Part shown: piece after piece, positions 29,850 through 39,173 of the stretch
Layout of the letters: every line of letters starts with the position of its first letter
How positions within the stretch are numbered: the first letter of the stretch is position 1
From: a virus
Taxonomy: Duplodnaviria > Caudoviricetes
IMG/VR virus record: IMGVR_UViG_3300022670_001120
Coordinates: 1-42,099 of that record
Strand: one strand, 5' to 3'
DNA: 42,099 bases
The notes under the pieces: generated by a model
What the model was told of the DNA's origin: nothing
The model's database searches: none
What the model saw: the letters and a program-made list of their open reading frames with translations, nothing else
Made by a program: the position numbers and the translations under genes

Positions 29850-30475
29850 GTCAACTGCCCGGCTTCTTTAACATCTACAAAAAATATTGGAGGACAAATT
29901 GCCTCGTGTTTCTTGGAAATTTTCATTTTAAACTTGGATGGTGTGTGTACTTTTTGTTTGGGTGGTTTTGGTGCTCTTTTTGGTATCAATTTAGTCAAGC
30001 GTAAATACACCTTAAAAAAAGCTGGACCCCACCAAACAGCTGTAAGTATTGCAGCTCCAACTCCACACTGAATTGGACCAATAATTAGTGAGCCATCCCC
30101 ACCTCTAACCAAACTCATTAGTCCAAATGCAAAATTAATTGAAGAAGCAAAACCAATTGATATCCAAGTTCTCCTCCTAGAGTTTTTTCTTATCTGCTCT
30201 ATGGTCATTGGTTTTTTATTTTTAGTATGAGGGAACAATCTATACACATACAAAAATGGTAATGTAGTAACAGCTCCAACTATTGCTCTACAATATGGAC
30301 ACAAATTGACAGTCCTTGGGGTGTATTTGTAGATTAATTTGAAACTCTCTTTTGTTCCATCATAATTTTTTCCGGTTTCATCAAGATCAATCCTTGCATC
30401 CATGAAAAAGTTCTTGCCAAAAGAGTATAGGATCAGGCGATAGTGCCAAGAATTTTTATTGAAAATCAATGTCAA
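29846..30475 (-). CDS. Membrane protein
   Basis: 2-3 hydrophobic segments; SWHYRL and NLCPYCR motifs. Confidence 0.65.
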   Translation of the reverse strand: MTLIFNKNSWHYRLILYSFGKNFFMDARIDLDETGKNYDGTKESFKLIYKYTPRTVNLCPYCRAIVGAVTTLPFLYVYRLFPHTKNKKPMTIEQIRKNSRRRTWISIGFASSINFAFGLMSLVRGGDGSLIIGPIQCGVGAAILTAVWWGPAFFKVYLRLTKLIPKRAPKPPKQKVHTPSKFKMKISKKHEAICPPIFFVDVKEAGQLT

Positions 30476-30692
30476 TGGTTACTCCTGTTAATTTTTTGAT
30501 GTTCTTTGATAGGTCCTTCATATCCCGAGTAATGGATGGTATCATCTCTGGATTGTCTTCAATCATAACAGCCCAAACATCAAGTGCTCCTGCAATATGG
30601 GCCCAGTATGCTTTCTGCACTGCTTTGCGAGCCCTGGTATCTCCAGCTAACACCTCAGCATTCAATTGTAAAACCTCTGACATTCTTTGCAA
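30456..30692 (-). CDS. Hypothetical helical protein
   Basis: Lies in the operon between RHH genes and the membrane protein. Confidence 0.55.
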   Translation of the reverse strand: MQRMSEVLQLNAEVLAGDTRARKAVQKAYWAHIAGALDVWAVMIEDNPEMIPSITRDMKDLSKNIKKLTGVTIDIDFQ

Positions 30693-30750
30693 TAGTGAGT
30701 TGGGGAATCTGTTCTAACTTTCTGGCATTTGACACAAAATGGTAGTAAGG

Positions 30751-31113
30751 TCATATGTGGAGGGCCTTCCTTAGTATGCTGTTTAGAATTTTGGAGTAAC
30801 TATTAGATGGCGCATCACAATAATTTTTGGCACAATTCTCAATTGCATTGGCTGTATAACTAATAATTCTATCATGATTATCCATATCAATTACTAGAGT
30901 CATTCTGAGATTTCCACGTGAATTTCGTGGTGTCCTAAATTTATCCAAGTTTTTAAAATTGGATCCTCTGATCATATCATTAACAACTCGTGACAGAAAG
31001 ACTACTTTCTCTGATAATTTGGCTTCTCTATCACAATTTTTTTCTAGTAATGGTCTGATATCTGAATCTAAAGATACAGTCTTTCGCACAAAATCAATGG
31101 TGCGTCTTCTCAT
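30751..31113 (-). CDS. Tandem ribbon-helix-helix-like regulator
   Basis: RKTVSLD...LSRVVNDMIR and RMTLVID...YSKILNSILR. Confidence 0.6.
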   Translation of the reverse strand: MRRRTIDFVRKTVSLDSDIRPLLEKNCDREAKLSEKVVFLSRVVNDMIRGSNFKNLDKFRTPRNSRGNLRMTLVIDMDNHDRIISYTANAIENCAKNYCDAPSNSYSKILNSILRKALHI

Positions 31114-31116
31114 TAT

Positions 31117-31266
31117 TCATTTCAGGCCCTTTTTCAGAGTTTCATTAATTACAGAAGACATTGAAACTGAACCTTTTGTTTTTCTTATCTTGTCAGCTTG
31201 TATCATTCTAAGTTTCCTTTGGGTCTCTCTATCGATCATAATTGTAATCCTATCCTGCTCTAACAA
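31117..31266 (-). CDS. 49-aa RHH-like regulator (not in ORF track)
   Basis: MLEQDRITIMIDRETQRKLRMIQADKIRKTKGSVSMSSVINETLKKGLK; TATATTAA about 25 nt upstream. Confidence 0.7.
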   Translation of the reverse strand: MLEQDRITIMIDRETQRKLRMIQADKIRKTKGSVSMSSVINETLKKGLK

Positions 31267-31290
31267 TATACAATTATACGGCTTTCAGTC

Positions 31291-31359
31291 ATTAATATAG
31301 TTGTGTCCCATGAGATACAATATATGGTATGAACATAACACTGTATCTTATGTGGTACA
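31291..31359. promoter_or_regulatory. Divergent promoter region with two 18-bp operators
   Basis: tgtgtcccatgagataca at 31302 and tgtatcttatgtggtaca at 31342, between divergent regulators. Confidence 0.7.
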
Positions 31360-31371
31360 ACACGATCTGTT

Positions 31372-31614
31372 ATGAAGACGATTAAAAGGATTCACTGGGA
31401 GGTAGTCATACTCATCATTGAAAGTGTACTAGAAAATCCCAAAATATTACGCACGCCCCTAGCACAAAAATGCAATAGAAATTATCAACAGATGACAAGA
31501 TATCTTGAACAAATGGAATTAACAGAATTAATAATTCTTGTAGAAGAGAATAATAAAACTTTCATCAGGATTACTGAGCTTGGAAAAAGAGTTTTACTAA
31601 AATCAAAAGACTGA
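31372..31614 (+). CDS. Archaeal winged-helix regulator, candidate repressor
   Basis: RTPLAQKCNRNYQQMTRYLEQMEL...IRITELGKRVL. Confidence 0.8.
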   Translation: MKTIKRIHWEVVILIIESVLENPKILRTPLAQKCNRNYQQMTRYLEQMELTELIILVEENNKTFIRITELGKRVLLKSKD

Positions 31615-31677
31615 CAATAGAAATCAGTCTTTCTAAAAGTAGTTTATCATTATAATCCGTACAATTAGAATTTCATT

Positions 31678-32127
31678 ATGACGACAAAAACAATCAAAAC
31701 TTTATTGTTTGCAGGTCTTTTTGCAGCACTTCTAATCCCATTCATGGGACAACAAGAAGCAGAAGCAACAGGTACTGATGCAATCGTTGCCCATACCATT
31801 AATGTGGGTTCAAGTGGATGGGGTTACAGTACACAAACTGTAACAATATGCGGTGAAGATTTCACAAGTACTGCATATACGTATGCACCAAACAATAAAA
31901 TCTATTTCGTATGGGATGGAGAGCAATCAATTAGTTGTCCAACTGGAAACTACACATTTGATGACTTTGACATCACCATGGTTGAAGATGATGGTGGATC
32001 TGACTCTGAAGTATCAGTAAGTCACTGGTCTGTCCAATATGTTTGGAATACACCTGCTGTTAAAAGCACAACTGATGTTGATGCAGGCGATGAAATCTAC
32101 GTAGAAGCTGTTTGGCACTATAATTAA
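31678..32127 (+). CDS. Secreted protein
   Basis: MTTKTIKTLLFAGLFAALLIPF...AEA signal peptide. Confidence 0.75.
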   Translation: MTTKTIKTLLFAGLFAALLIPFMGQQEAEATGTDAIVAHTINVGSSGWGYSTQTVTICGEDFTSTAYTYAPNNKIYFVWDGEQSISCPTGNYTFDDFDITMVEDDGGSDSEVSVSHWSVQYVWNTPAVKSTTDVDAGDEIYVEAVWHYN

Positions 32128-32222
32128 CCAAACTTTTTCTCTTTTTTTTCTAAACACTACCAATAGGAATAAGTCCTTGAGAAAGTAGTTTCTCATTATT
32201 ATCTATAGATTGTACAATTTGA

Positions 32223-32327
32223 ATGGGATTAGTAACTTACACTCCACACACAATTGCAGATTTAATTTTAACAGATATTTCAAGAATAGTTGAGGCGTTT
32301 TATTCCTTCTTTAATTTAATGATATGA
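32223..32327 (+). CDS. 34-aa microprotein
   Basis: MGLVTYTPHTIADLILTDISRIVEAFYSFFNLMI; stop overlaps ATG 32324 (ATGA). Confidence 0.5.
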   Translation: MGLVTYTPHTIADLILTDISRIVEAFYSFFNLMI

Positions 32328-32665
32328 GAATTCTATATTTATTACCAATAATTACAGTCTTGATGATTTTTGTTCCATTGGATAGTTATGAGCATGAAGA
32401 TGAAGAGATTCATTTGGAGTATTGGATGAATTTTAGAGGTGAAATAGTCACTATTTTCTCCACATCTGAAGATAAATTGTTTGAACGAGGATACATCATC
32501 AAAGAAGTAGAATCAGCAACTGATTACCCAGAGAAGAAATCAGTTGATCATACAGAAATGACTTATTCTAAATGCATGGGGTTAGTGGCAAATAGTTGTC
32601 AATCTTCTGGAAATGTAGCACTGTGTATGAGTCAGGTTAGTGAGTCATGCAGACAGCATCGTTGA
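32324..32665 (+). CDS. Secreted/membrane-anchored protein with Cys-rich C-terminus
   Basis: N-terminal hydrophobic segment; four C-terminal Cys. Confidence 0.65.
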   Translation: MRILYLLPIITVLMIFVPLDSYEHEDEEIHLEYWMNFRGEIVTIFSTSEDKLFERGYIIKEVESATDYPEKKSVDHTEMTYSKCMGLVANSCQSSGNVALCMSQVSESCRQHR

Positions 32666-32924
32666 GAATTACATGCTTGAAATTCCAACACGTAGATTCA
32701 GCGATACCATGTTTGTATTGGGAATAATATTTTGTGTAATTGCATCTCTTTGGTTTTTGATGGCATTTCTCAGTAGTCTAAGTTATAGAGGTCCGGATCT
32801 AAATCTTGGTCTTTCACTTGTTTTTTTATTATTTACTATATTTTTAATGGCTGTTGGAAATAAGAAAGTAGTTGATCCTGATTATTTAATTACATTTCTA
32901 AGAGATTTTAACAAAAAAGACTAA
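32640..32924 (+). CDS. Two-TM membrane protein
   Basis: Two hydrophobic helices. Confidence 0.65.
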   Translation: MSHADSIVENYMLEIPTRRFSDTMFVLGIIFCVIASLWFLMAFLSSLSYRGPDLNLGLSLVFLLFTIFLMAVGNKKVVDPDYLITFLRDFNKKD

Positions 32925-33002
32925 CAACAGGAAGACGTCCTATACAGAGTAGTTATTCATTATAATAATTATTTTTCATAAAATCTGTTCAGACTATAAA
33001 TA

Positions 33003-33206
33003 ATGATTAAAAAAGCTAGGAAAACATATCGTGAATTCTTACAGATGATAATTAAATATAAAATATATCAGATCCAGAATTTTGAACACTATAGAGATGA
33101 ACCTGCTGGAGATGTTATTGATCTTGGAAAATTAATGCTAACAGGTTACGAAGATGAGTTGGAGATATTGTTAGAGCTTAAAAGTTTGGAATTAATAGAG
33201 AAATGA
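33003..33206 (+). CDS. Hypothetical protein
   Basis: ATGA-coupled to the next gene. Confidence 0.55.
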   Translation: MIKKARKTYREFLQMIIKYKIYQIQNFEHYRDEPAGDVIDLGKLMLTGYEDELEILLELKSLELIEK

Positions 33207-33454
33207 AACCCAAATCACTTAAAGTTCTGCAAAAAGAAATTAAAAAAATATTAAAATTATATTTAGATTTAAAGGAACTCCAAGAAAATTGGAGTAAGGG
33301 AGGCAGTGATATGCCAAATAAAATGAATGAATCATTTTGTCGTTTGATTGAATACGAGTTCTACACATTACTCACAATTCTAAAAATTGAGGAACCAGAA
33401 ATCTATGAGAAAGATTGGAAAGAGTTACACATGAAATCAAAAGACTACCAATAG
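33203..33454 (+). CDS. Hypothetical protein
   Basis: Ends inside a cassette repeat. Confidence 0.55.
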   Translation: MKPKSLKVLQKEIKKILKLYLDLKELQENWSKGGSDMPNKMNESFCRLIEYEFYTLLTILKIEEPEIYEKDWKELHMKSKDYQ

Positions 33455-33586
33455 GAAGACGTACTGTGCAGAGTAGTTATTCATTATACATTGCAATTGT
33501 ACGATTAATCATTGAATACTAGCAATCATAGTAAGTATAACTGCCCACAGTCAAACTAGTCACAAGTTAGTATTCAATTTCCCCAA

Positions 33587-33727
33587 TTAATATCGAGGCA
33601 AATCTTCAGTTATTCTTGCCAGGTTTCTCTTTCTAACTTGATTAATATCGAGAGTGTTCTTGTCTATATTTTTCATCAGTCTAGTAAATTGTTTTTCTCT
33701 TGCTTCTTTTGACCAATCTTTTTTCAT
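33587..33727 (-). CDS. 46-aa basic microprotein
   Basis: MKKDWSKEAREKQFTRLMKN...; ATGA overlap with the upstream ORF. Confidence 0.6.
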   Translation of the reverse strand: MKKDWSKEAREKQFTRLMKNIDKNTLDINQVRKRNLARITEDLPRY

Positions 33728-33816
33728 TCGCAATCACAAAACTCTTCGGATTCCTCACACTCTTCACATTGATTGCCATCTCCATAATTAGGAGACACAT
33801 CTAGATCAAAAATCAA
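33724..33816 (-). CDS. 30-aa acidic Cys microprotein
   Basis: MIFDLDVSPNYGDGNQCEECEESEEFCDCE; TTGA/ATGA overlaps at both ends. Confidence 0.55.
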   Translation of the reverse strand: MIFDLDVSPNYGDGNQCEECEESEEFCDCE

Positions 33817-33983
33817 TTCATTTGTTCCTTTACTTTTTCAGCAGTAAAACATACAGTAAGTGTATCCTCCTTTTCATTCCATACTCTATCTAATGTGAAA
33901 CACTCAAAGAATTCTTCTAGATCATCGCATAGTGATTTTATTATTTTTAGATTTGATTTAATCTGTTTATTATTAGCCATCAT
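33813..33983 (-). CDS. Small hypothetical protein (start revised)
   Basis: MMANNKQIK...; ATG overlaps the end of 33973..34071. Confidence 0.55.
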   Translation of the reverse strand: MMANNKQIKSNLKIIKSLCDDLEEFFECFTLDRVWNEKEDTLTVCFTAEKVKEQMN

Positions 33984-34071
33984 ATGGACTCCCGCAAGTT
34001 GGACATCTGTCTGGTTTTGCATCAGGTGGAAATCCTTGTATTTCATCACATCTATGACAAACCATCTTCAT
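33973..34071 (-). CDS. 32-aa CPxCG-type Zn-finger microprotein
   Basis: MKMVCHRCDEIQGFPPDAKPDRCPTCGSPYDG; upstream motif 26 nt above ATG. Confidence 0.7.
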   Translation of the reverse strand: MKMVCHRCDEIQGFPPDAKPDRCPTCGSPYDG

Positions 34072-34111
34072 GATTATTCCGTATAATTGAACTACTAGAG
34101 AACTAATCAGA

Positions 34112-34243
34112 CTATTCACAGTAATTAGTTCTAAAACAAAATGGACAACATTCTACTAATTGCTCCATACTATTCACTAATCCTAAATTACATATTTTAC
34201 ATCGCTTTGGTAAATTAGGTCGTATGTCAGTATCACTCATCAT
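34112..34243 (-). CDS. 43-aa Zn-finger microprotein (start revised)
   Basis: CKIC...CPFC; motif variant TAGTTCTAT 26 nt above ATG 34243. Confidence 0.6.
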   Translation of the reverse strand: MMSDTDIRPNLPKRCKICNLGLVNSMEQLVECCPFCFRTNYCE

Positions 34244-34274
34244 ATCTATTCCGTACAATTTAACTAATATAGAA

Positions 34275-36059
34275 CTAACGTCTCTTCCTTGCAGGTGTAA
34301 TCCTAAATGCATCTTCGTGATAGTTTTGATCAGCAATTAGACAGTAGATGATACTCATAACACTATCTGGTGGATGGTTGTATTCTTTGCGGGCCTTTTG
34401 TCTTGGGTCCTCTATTCTAACTTCCTGTACTGGGTCTAAATCTTTTCTAGTAATTGATGTCATATCATCTAGTAGGAAATCAGTCTCCCAGTCATTTTTG
34501 GCTGGTATCATGAATACAGTCTTGTTTAGTTTTTCTTCAGTTGGTCTTTTTGGATGCGCTACTGTTTGGCCAATAAAGTTTACAAAGTTTTGAATGATTG
34601 TAGTTTTATCTACTTGGAGTGATGCATACTCTATTCCCTTCTCATCTGTCTTTTGCGCTGAATCCAGTTCGGGCCTCGTTTCATCTCCATGTGTTCTGCA
34701 TCCAACAAATCTCTTTCTTCCGATTCCTTTGAATTTCTGGTCTTTAGAATCTCTACCCCCGTCTTGAATGAATCTAATCTGGTCTTGGCCGTATCCCCAA
34801 TCCCCCACTGCAAACTCAACACCATACTCTGAAAACATCCCCGCGATGTGTCTACTTTGATCTCCAGGATGCTCTTGAGGTCTTTGGTCAATATTAGCGA
34901 GCAGATAACGATTTGACTTTCTGAACCTGATGAGAACGGAAGCCACGGTTTGAGACGCAGCAGGGCCTGAACCAAAGTCTACTCCCCCCAGGATTCTAAC
35001 TTCATTTTGATGAGTTGCTTTAATCTCTCTAACTTCGTCGGGTCGTAGTAAACCCAAATATCTGATGTAACATCGCTGGACCATTTCAGGAGTAATTGGA
35101 CGTCGTTCTGCTTTGTAGAACTCACCAAGTGTATGTGATGTATACATGGACAGGGGATAGTGCTTCCGCTGATACTCAATTGATAGTTCTGGTTGAGTTT
35201 GATATTTTTCGATAGCATCAATAATAGTAAGCGGAATGGATGGAAAAATCGTCTGTGGAAAGTGATAACCTCTGTAATTGACATTCTCTGGAGCTTGTGG
35301 TATCCATTTGCCAGATAAGATCTTCTTTAGTTCATCAAGATGATTTGTAATTATTCCTATTCCATCAAATAATAGATTCTCTCTCCAGTAAGGATCATCA
35401 TAAATCCATTCTCTCTGGTCTGTTCTCTTCCACATTTTGTAGTAATCAGACCCAGCTTCACCACCAATTCCAAATGCTCGAAACTTTCCTTTGGTAGCTG
35501 ATAAGGAATACATTGCAACCGGTAAAAATCCAACGTCTTGAGCTTGGGTCTCATCTAAAATTAAAATTCGATTAGACTTTCCCTCTACCTTATGGTATTT
35601 GTTCTCATCAGTTACTAGATAGATAACACTACCATTATTGATTCGAATCCTACCAACTGATGCCTTACCACCAGGAAGAAATGGCCTTAGTCTATTATTA
35701 CTAAGAAACACTTCGTTTCTCAATCGTTGTTCAGAGAATGCTCCCTTGTGTTCCTCATCATCTGCAACATATGTAACCTCACATCCAGCTTGCTGAAGTG
35801 CAGCCCAGGCAATCATACTACCAGAGTTTGTGGTCTTGTAGGTTTGTCTGCCATTAACAAACATGATGTTGGGATGGTTATCGAGTAATGGCTCTATCCA
35901 GAATGGTGATAAATCAAAAGAGCGAACTCTCTTTCCTATCATTGGTTGATACTCACTCATAAAGTCAATGAGATTATTTGGGATAGCACCACTAACTGTT
36001 GCAATCTTTGCTTCGAGTAGTTCTTCTAGTTCTTTGATTTTATCAATCCTACGTAGCAA
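34275..36059 (-). CDS. terL: Terminase large subunit
   Basis: Walker A GRQTYKTT, Walker B ILILDE, nuclease GVDFG and HPPDS. Confidence 0.9.
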   Translation of the reverse strand: MLRRIDKIKELEELLEAKIATVSGAIPNNLIDFMSEYQPMIGKRVRSFDLSPFWIEPLLDNHPNIMFVNGRQTYKTTNSGSMIAWAALQQAGCEVTYVADDEEHKGAFSEQRLRNEVFLSNNRLRPFLPGGKASVGRIRINNGSVIYLVTDENKYHKVEGKSNRILILDETQAQDVGFLPVAMYSLSATKGKFRAFGIGGEAGSDYYKMWKRTDQREWIYDDPYWRENLLFDGIGIITNHLDELKKILSGKWIPQAPENVNYRGYHFPQTIFPSIPLTIIDAIEKYQTQPELSIEYQRKHYPLSMYTSHTLGEFYKAERRPITPEMVQRCYIRYLGLLRPDEVREIKATHQNEVRILGGVDFGSGPAASQTVASVLIRFRKSNRYLLANIDQRPQEHPGDQSRHIAGMFSEYGVEFAVGDWGYGQDQIRFIQDGGRDSKDQKFKGIGRKRFVGCRTHGDETRPELDSAQKTDEKGIEYASLQVDKTTIIQNFVNFIGQTVAHPKRPTEEKLNKTVFMIPAKNDWETDFLLDDMTSITRKDLDPVQEVRIEDPRQKARKEYNHPPDSVMSIIYCLIADQNYHEDAFRITPARKRR

Positions 36060-36333
36060 TTACCTTCCGTGCCTCCGCTAATGCTTCTGGAGAAACAGCT
36101 AGGAGTAACCTCTCAATATTTTCTATTCTTTTTGTAGTATCCATCAAGTCAATCATTTTGGTGATGGTAGTGGCAAGAGTTGTTTTATGCTTCATCATTT
36201 TTAGCATAGTATCGATTTCTATGTCATCGAGATCTCTGCCTTTTGCTTTTTTGGTTAATGTATCAAGATGTGTAAAATCACGCTTTAGTTTTATGCCGAA
36301 ATATCCAAGGTTAGTCCAGGTTGTGGATGTCAA
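36049..36333 (-). CDS. Putative terminase small subunit
   Basis: Helical ORF overlapping the terL start. Confidence 0.5.
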   Translation of the reverse strand: MTSTTWTNLGYFGIKLKRDFTHLDTLTKKAKGRDLDDIEIDTMLKMMKHKTTLATTITKMIDLMDTTKRIENIERLLLAVSPEALAEARKVIAT

Positions 36334-36423
36334 TTGATCCTTCTCCTACCCATGATTCTGAGTGAAATTGTCATAAGAGAACAGATGAGATTGTACGATA
36401 AAGAGAACTATATTAAAAAAAAG

Positions 36424-37263
36424 TTAAGGAATGTAGGAAGGCAATACTTCACTAATCATTACATTCCAAATCAAGTGGATGGACTTTTGTGAACCTTGCA
36501 TGTTCAACAATATTCCTCTTACTTTCTCGTTTTTCTCAAGCTTCATACCAATTGCCATAAAATCAGCTTCAAGATCTGGGTAATCATGAGTAAGTCTGAC
36601 CATATTTCTAAACATTGGAGATTTTGAAAGATGAGTACTTTTCAAAGTTTCACCGTTTGCCTTTACTGCTTCTATTGCCAAAGTGACTGCTTTACTCTCT
36701 TGGGGAGTTATGCTAAGGAATAAATCCCTTGTTTCTGTTCTGTAACTCGCTATAGATTGTGCACTATTGTTTCTTACATACAATATTGCCATCAATGCAT
36801 CTGCATAGCAAAATTCAGTCTTGCTTCGGTAGTGATTCATGAATTTCCTATTCTCTTCAAAGTATGGAACGGTACCATCGTCTAGTGCTTTTGTGAAATC
36901 CCTTACAGTTAATGCTCTTCCTGAGTTGGAATTTACATATGCTTCTCTTTCTAATTTCTTGTCAAAAATATGAAGTACCAAATGAAATGTTTTTACTCCA
37001 TAGTCTTTGTAAGCCATTTTCAAAGCTTCTAGTCTGTGTTGTCCATCAAAGATTGAATATCTGTTCTCACCGATTTTGGTTCCCATAATAGTGTGGTTGT
37101 GCATCTTTTCTGAGATTATAGATTCTAGAATTTTGTTCACACTTGAAATATTTACCTTTCTCTCAAATTCTGCATATTCAAACATCTCAGATATTTTTGA
37201 CAAATCAAAGTTATCCAATTGAATAATGCTGAAGTCTTTTTGTGATTGTGTTTTCATAGTCAT
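36424..37263 (-). CDS. Second ParB/Srx-superfamily DGQHR protein
   Basis: FERKVN, IFDGQHRLEAL, NSGRALT..D..KALDDG; aligns with 28986..29849. Confidence 0.75.
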   Translation of the reverse strand: MTMKTQSQKDFSIIQLDNFDLSKISEMFEYAEFERKVNISSVNKILESIISEKMHNHTIMGTKIGENRYSIFDGQHRLEALKMAYKDYGVKTFHLVLHIFDKKLEREAYVNSNSGRALTVRDFTKALDDGTVPYFEENRKFMNHYRSKTEFCYADALMAILYVRNNSAQSIASYRTETRDLFLSITPQESKAVTLAIEAVKANGETLKSTHLSKSPMFRNMVRLTHDYPDLEADFMAIGMKLEKNEKVRGILLNMQGSQKSIHLIWNVMISEVLPSYIP

Positions 37264-37406
37264 TAATGAATATAATTGAGGCTAGTAATTGGATCTAGTT
37301 GATCTGTAAAAAGTACGCTTTTGATCCCCATGTGTTAACCAAATTGTTTATTGATCTAACATAATTGAAACTTTGGCATTATTACAATTAATGATAAAGA
37401 AAACTA

Positions 37407-38279
37407 TTACAGGGTAGGTAATGCTTTTGACATATTCATCTTTTGCCAGTTATCACATGTGACGCAATGGTCTTCATAGTTGTGTACATCTGAATGATAT
37501 GCTCTCTCTACTCTATATTCTCCACATTTATCACATGCATTACCAGTCCAGCCATGATTAATGGCCTCTATTTCTGTGTGAGGACGTAGAGTATCAAATG
37601 CAACTTTAATCTTCATCTGTGTAATCTTACCCATTTGCTTAGATGTTATGGTACTTTGCTTCATCTTCTGTGCAGTTAATTCATCATAGATGGAATTGAG
37701 AGTACAACTGCTTGCTAGTTCTAATGTTAATACCTGGTCTAACTTGCATAACTTCTCTCTGCCATCTGCTGTAAACTTTGCTTTCTCTATAACTGCATCA
37801 GTCATCTTTTTAATTATGATAATCCATTCATCAATGCAGTTAGGTTCTACCTTTGTTATTTGTAAATAATTAATTAGATTAGTTGCGGTGTTTTTTAGAT
37901 CATTTGCAATAATAAGTAAAGATTGGTTGTTTATTGAATAATCATCAGAACTATTATCCGTCGGATTTCCGACATTTTCAGATACTAATTCCTCTTCATC
38001 CTGGTGTTCATCTGCTGCATGTTTGAATTTAGCAGGTAATACTTCATACATATACACTACTGCTGGCTCTAAATCCATATCTAGTAATTCTCTCCTTATG
38101 TGACGGCCTATCTTGTTTATTGGAATATCAATTGAGCCATTATTAATTTTAGATTCTAATGCATCTGCCCATATTACAAATATTTCATTCTTGTTTTGCT
38201 GATACATTGTACGTAATGGAGTGTCTTTAGTTAGATTCTCTTTAATCCAAAATATGATACCATCAGGCGTGTTTTCCAT
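37407..38279 (-). CDS. Hypothetical protein with C-terminal Zn ribbon
   Basis: CDKC...CVTC. Confidence 0.6.
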   Translation of the reverse strand: MENTPDGIIFWIKENLTKDTPLRTMYQQNKNEIFVIWADALESKINNGSIDIPINKIGRHIRRELLDMDLEPAVVYMYEVLPAKFKHAADEHQDEEELVSENVGNPTDNSSDDYSINNQSLLIIANDLKNTATNLINYLQITKVEPNCIDEWIIIIKKMTDAVIEKAKFTADGREKLCKLDQVLTLELASSCTLNSIYDELTAQKMKQSTITSKQMGKITQMKIKVAFDTLRPHTEIEAINHGWTGNACDKCGEYRVERAYHSDVHNYEDHCVTCDNWQKMNMSKALPTL

Positions 38280-38337
38280 GAAATAAAGCCAATTTTCAGA
38301 TCTTTAAACAAATTGAGCAGCAACCGTCTTTGAATGG

Positions 38338-38808
38338 TCAAGGATTAATGACTAACCATGCAGATCCATATGGAGCAGCTGATGGACCTGGTTTACCATC
38401 TTTCCAAAATCTAATTCTTCCCCTGTGAAAATATACCTTGACAAAATCATTCTCTGTAACATATCTCTGCCACCATCTAGTGTCAGTTTTAGCATAAATC
38501 AAAATGATACATGGTACTCCCCAAGCGATACTCTGGTTAATTGCATACTCTAACCACTCCTCTTTGTTAGAATATGGAGGATTCATGAAAAATGGTTTAT
38601 TCCATAAATGATCAAAGCCATTTCTATGTTCTGGATTTGGATGGTCTGGTCCATACCATTTGAAACACTTTGTTGTTTTACTTGTTGCACACACATCAAT
38701 CTCAGGATAAATCTTCACTTTATTACAAAACTCTTTAAAAATATCTGGCGGTGTCTCCCACAAATCATGAACACCTATTGATTGTAAATGTTGAATTGAT
38801 TTGTTCAA
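38338..38808 (-). CDS. Phage-type DNA N6-adenine methyltransferase
   Basis: DLWETP, IDVCA, FMNPPYS, KTDTRWW, GRIRF. Confidence 0.85.
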   Translation of the reverse strand: MNKSIQHLQSIGVHDLWETPPDIFKEFCNKVKIYPEIDVCATSKTTKCFKWYGPDHPNPEHRNGFDHLWNKPFFMNPPYSNKEEWLEYAINQSIAWGVPCIILIYAKTDTRWWQRYVTENDFVKVYFHRGRIRFWKDGKPGPSAAPYGSAWLVINP

Positions 38809-38930
38809 TGTTCTTCTCTATTCTTGGCAGAAGGTAAGAACCATTATTACAAAAAGAGAGTAAAGAGAGAGTTACCCTATAATAATAAAATATTTTTTTA
38901 GAAAAAATAAAAAAAAGATAAGTAAGGACT

Positions 38931-39173
38931 TTACTTGTCACTCTTTACACTATCCTCACTCTTTTGGGTAGAGACTGGCAGATAACGCCAAGTCTTCATT
39001 TTTGGGTCGAAATGAACTGTATGCTCATATCGATGTCTGAACCAGGACTTGATGGCTTTGTATTGCCAAATGGACATATCCAAGAGGTCAATCAGATCAA
39101 ACTCATGTATTACACCAGAATTTTTTATCTGGTTTACCATTCTGTTTGCAATTTTTGCCTGACCTCTATTCAC
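38931..39173 (-). CDS. Small hypothetical, possibly winged-helix
   Basis: Coupled to 39170..39400. Confidence 0.5.
   Translation of the reverse strand: MNRGQAKIANRMVNQIKNSGVIHEFDLIDLLDMSIWQYKAIKSWFRHRYEHTVHFDPKMKTWRYLPVSTQKSEDSVKSDK

Larger units (their letters stand above)
31600..33489 (+). repeat. Four dispersed ~55-bp direct repeats bounding gene cassettes
   Basis: Copies near 31600, 32148, 32910 and 33434: AAAAGACT..CAATAGRAA..GTC...AGTAGTT..TCATTAT. Confidence 0.75.
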
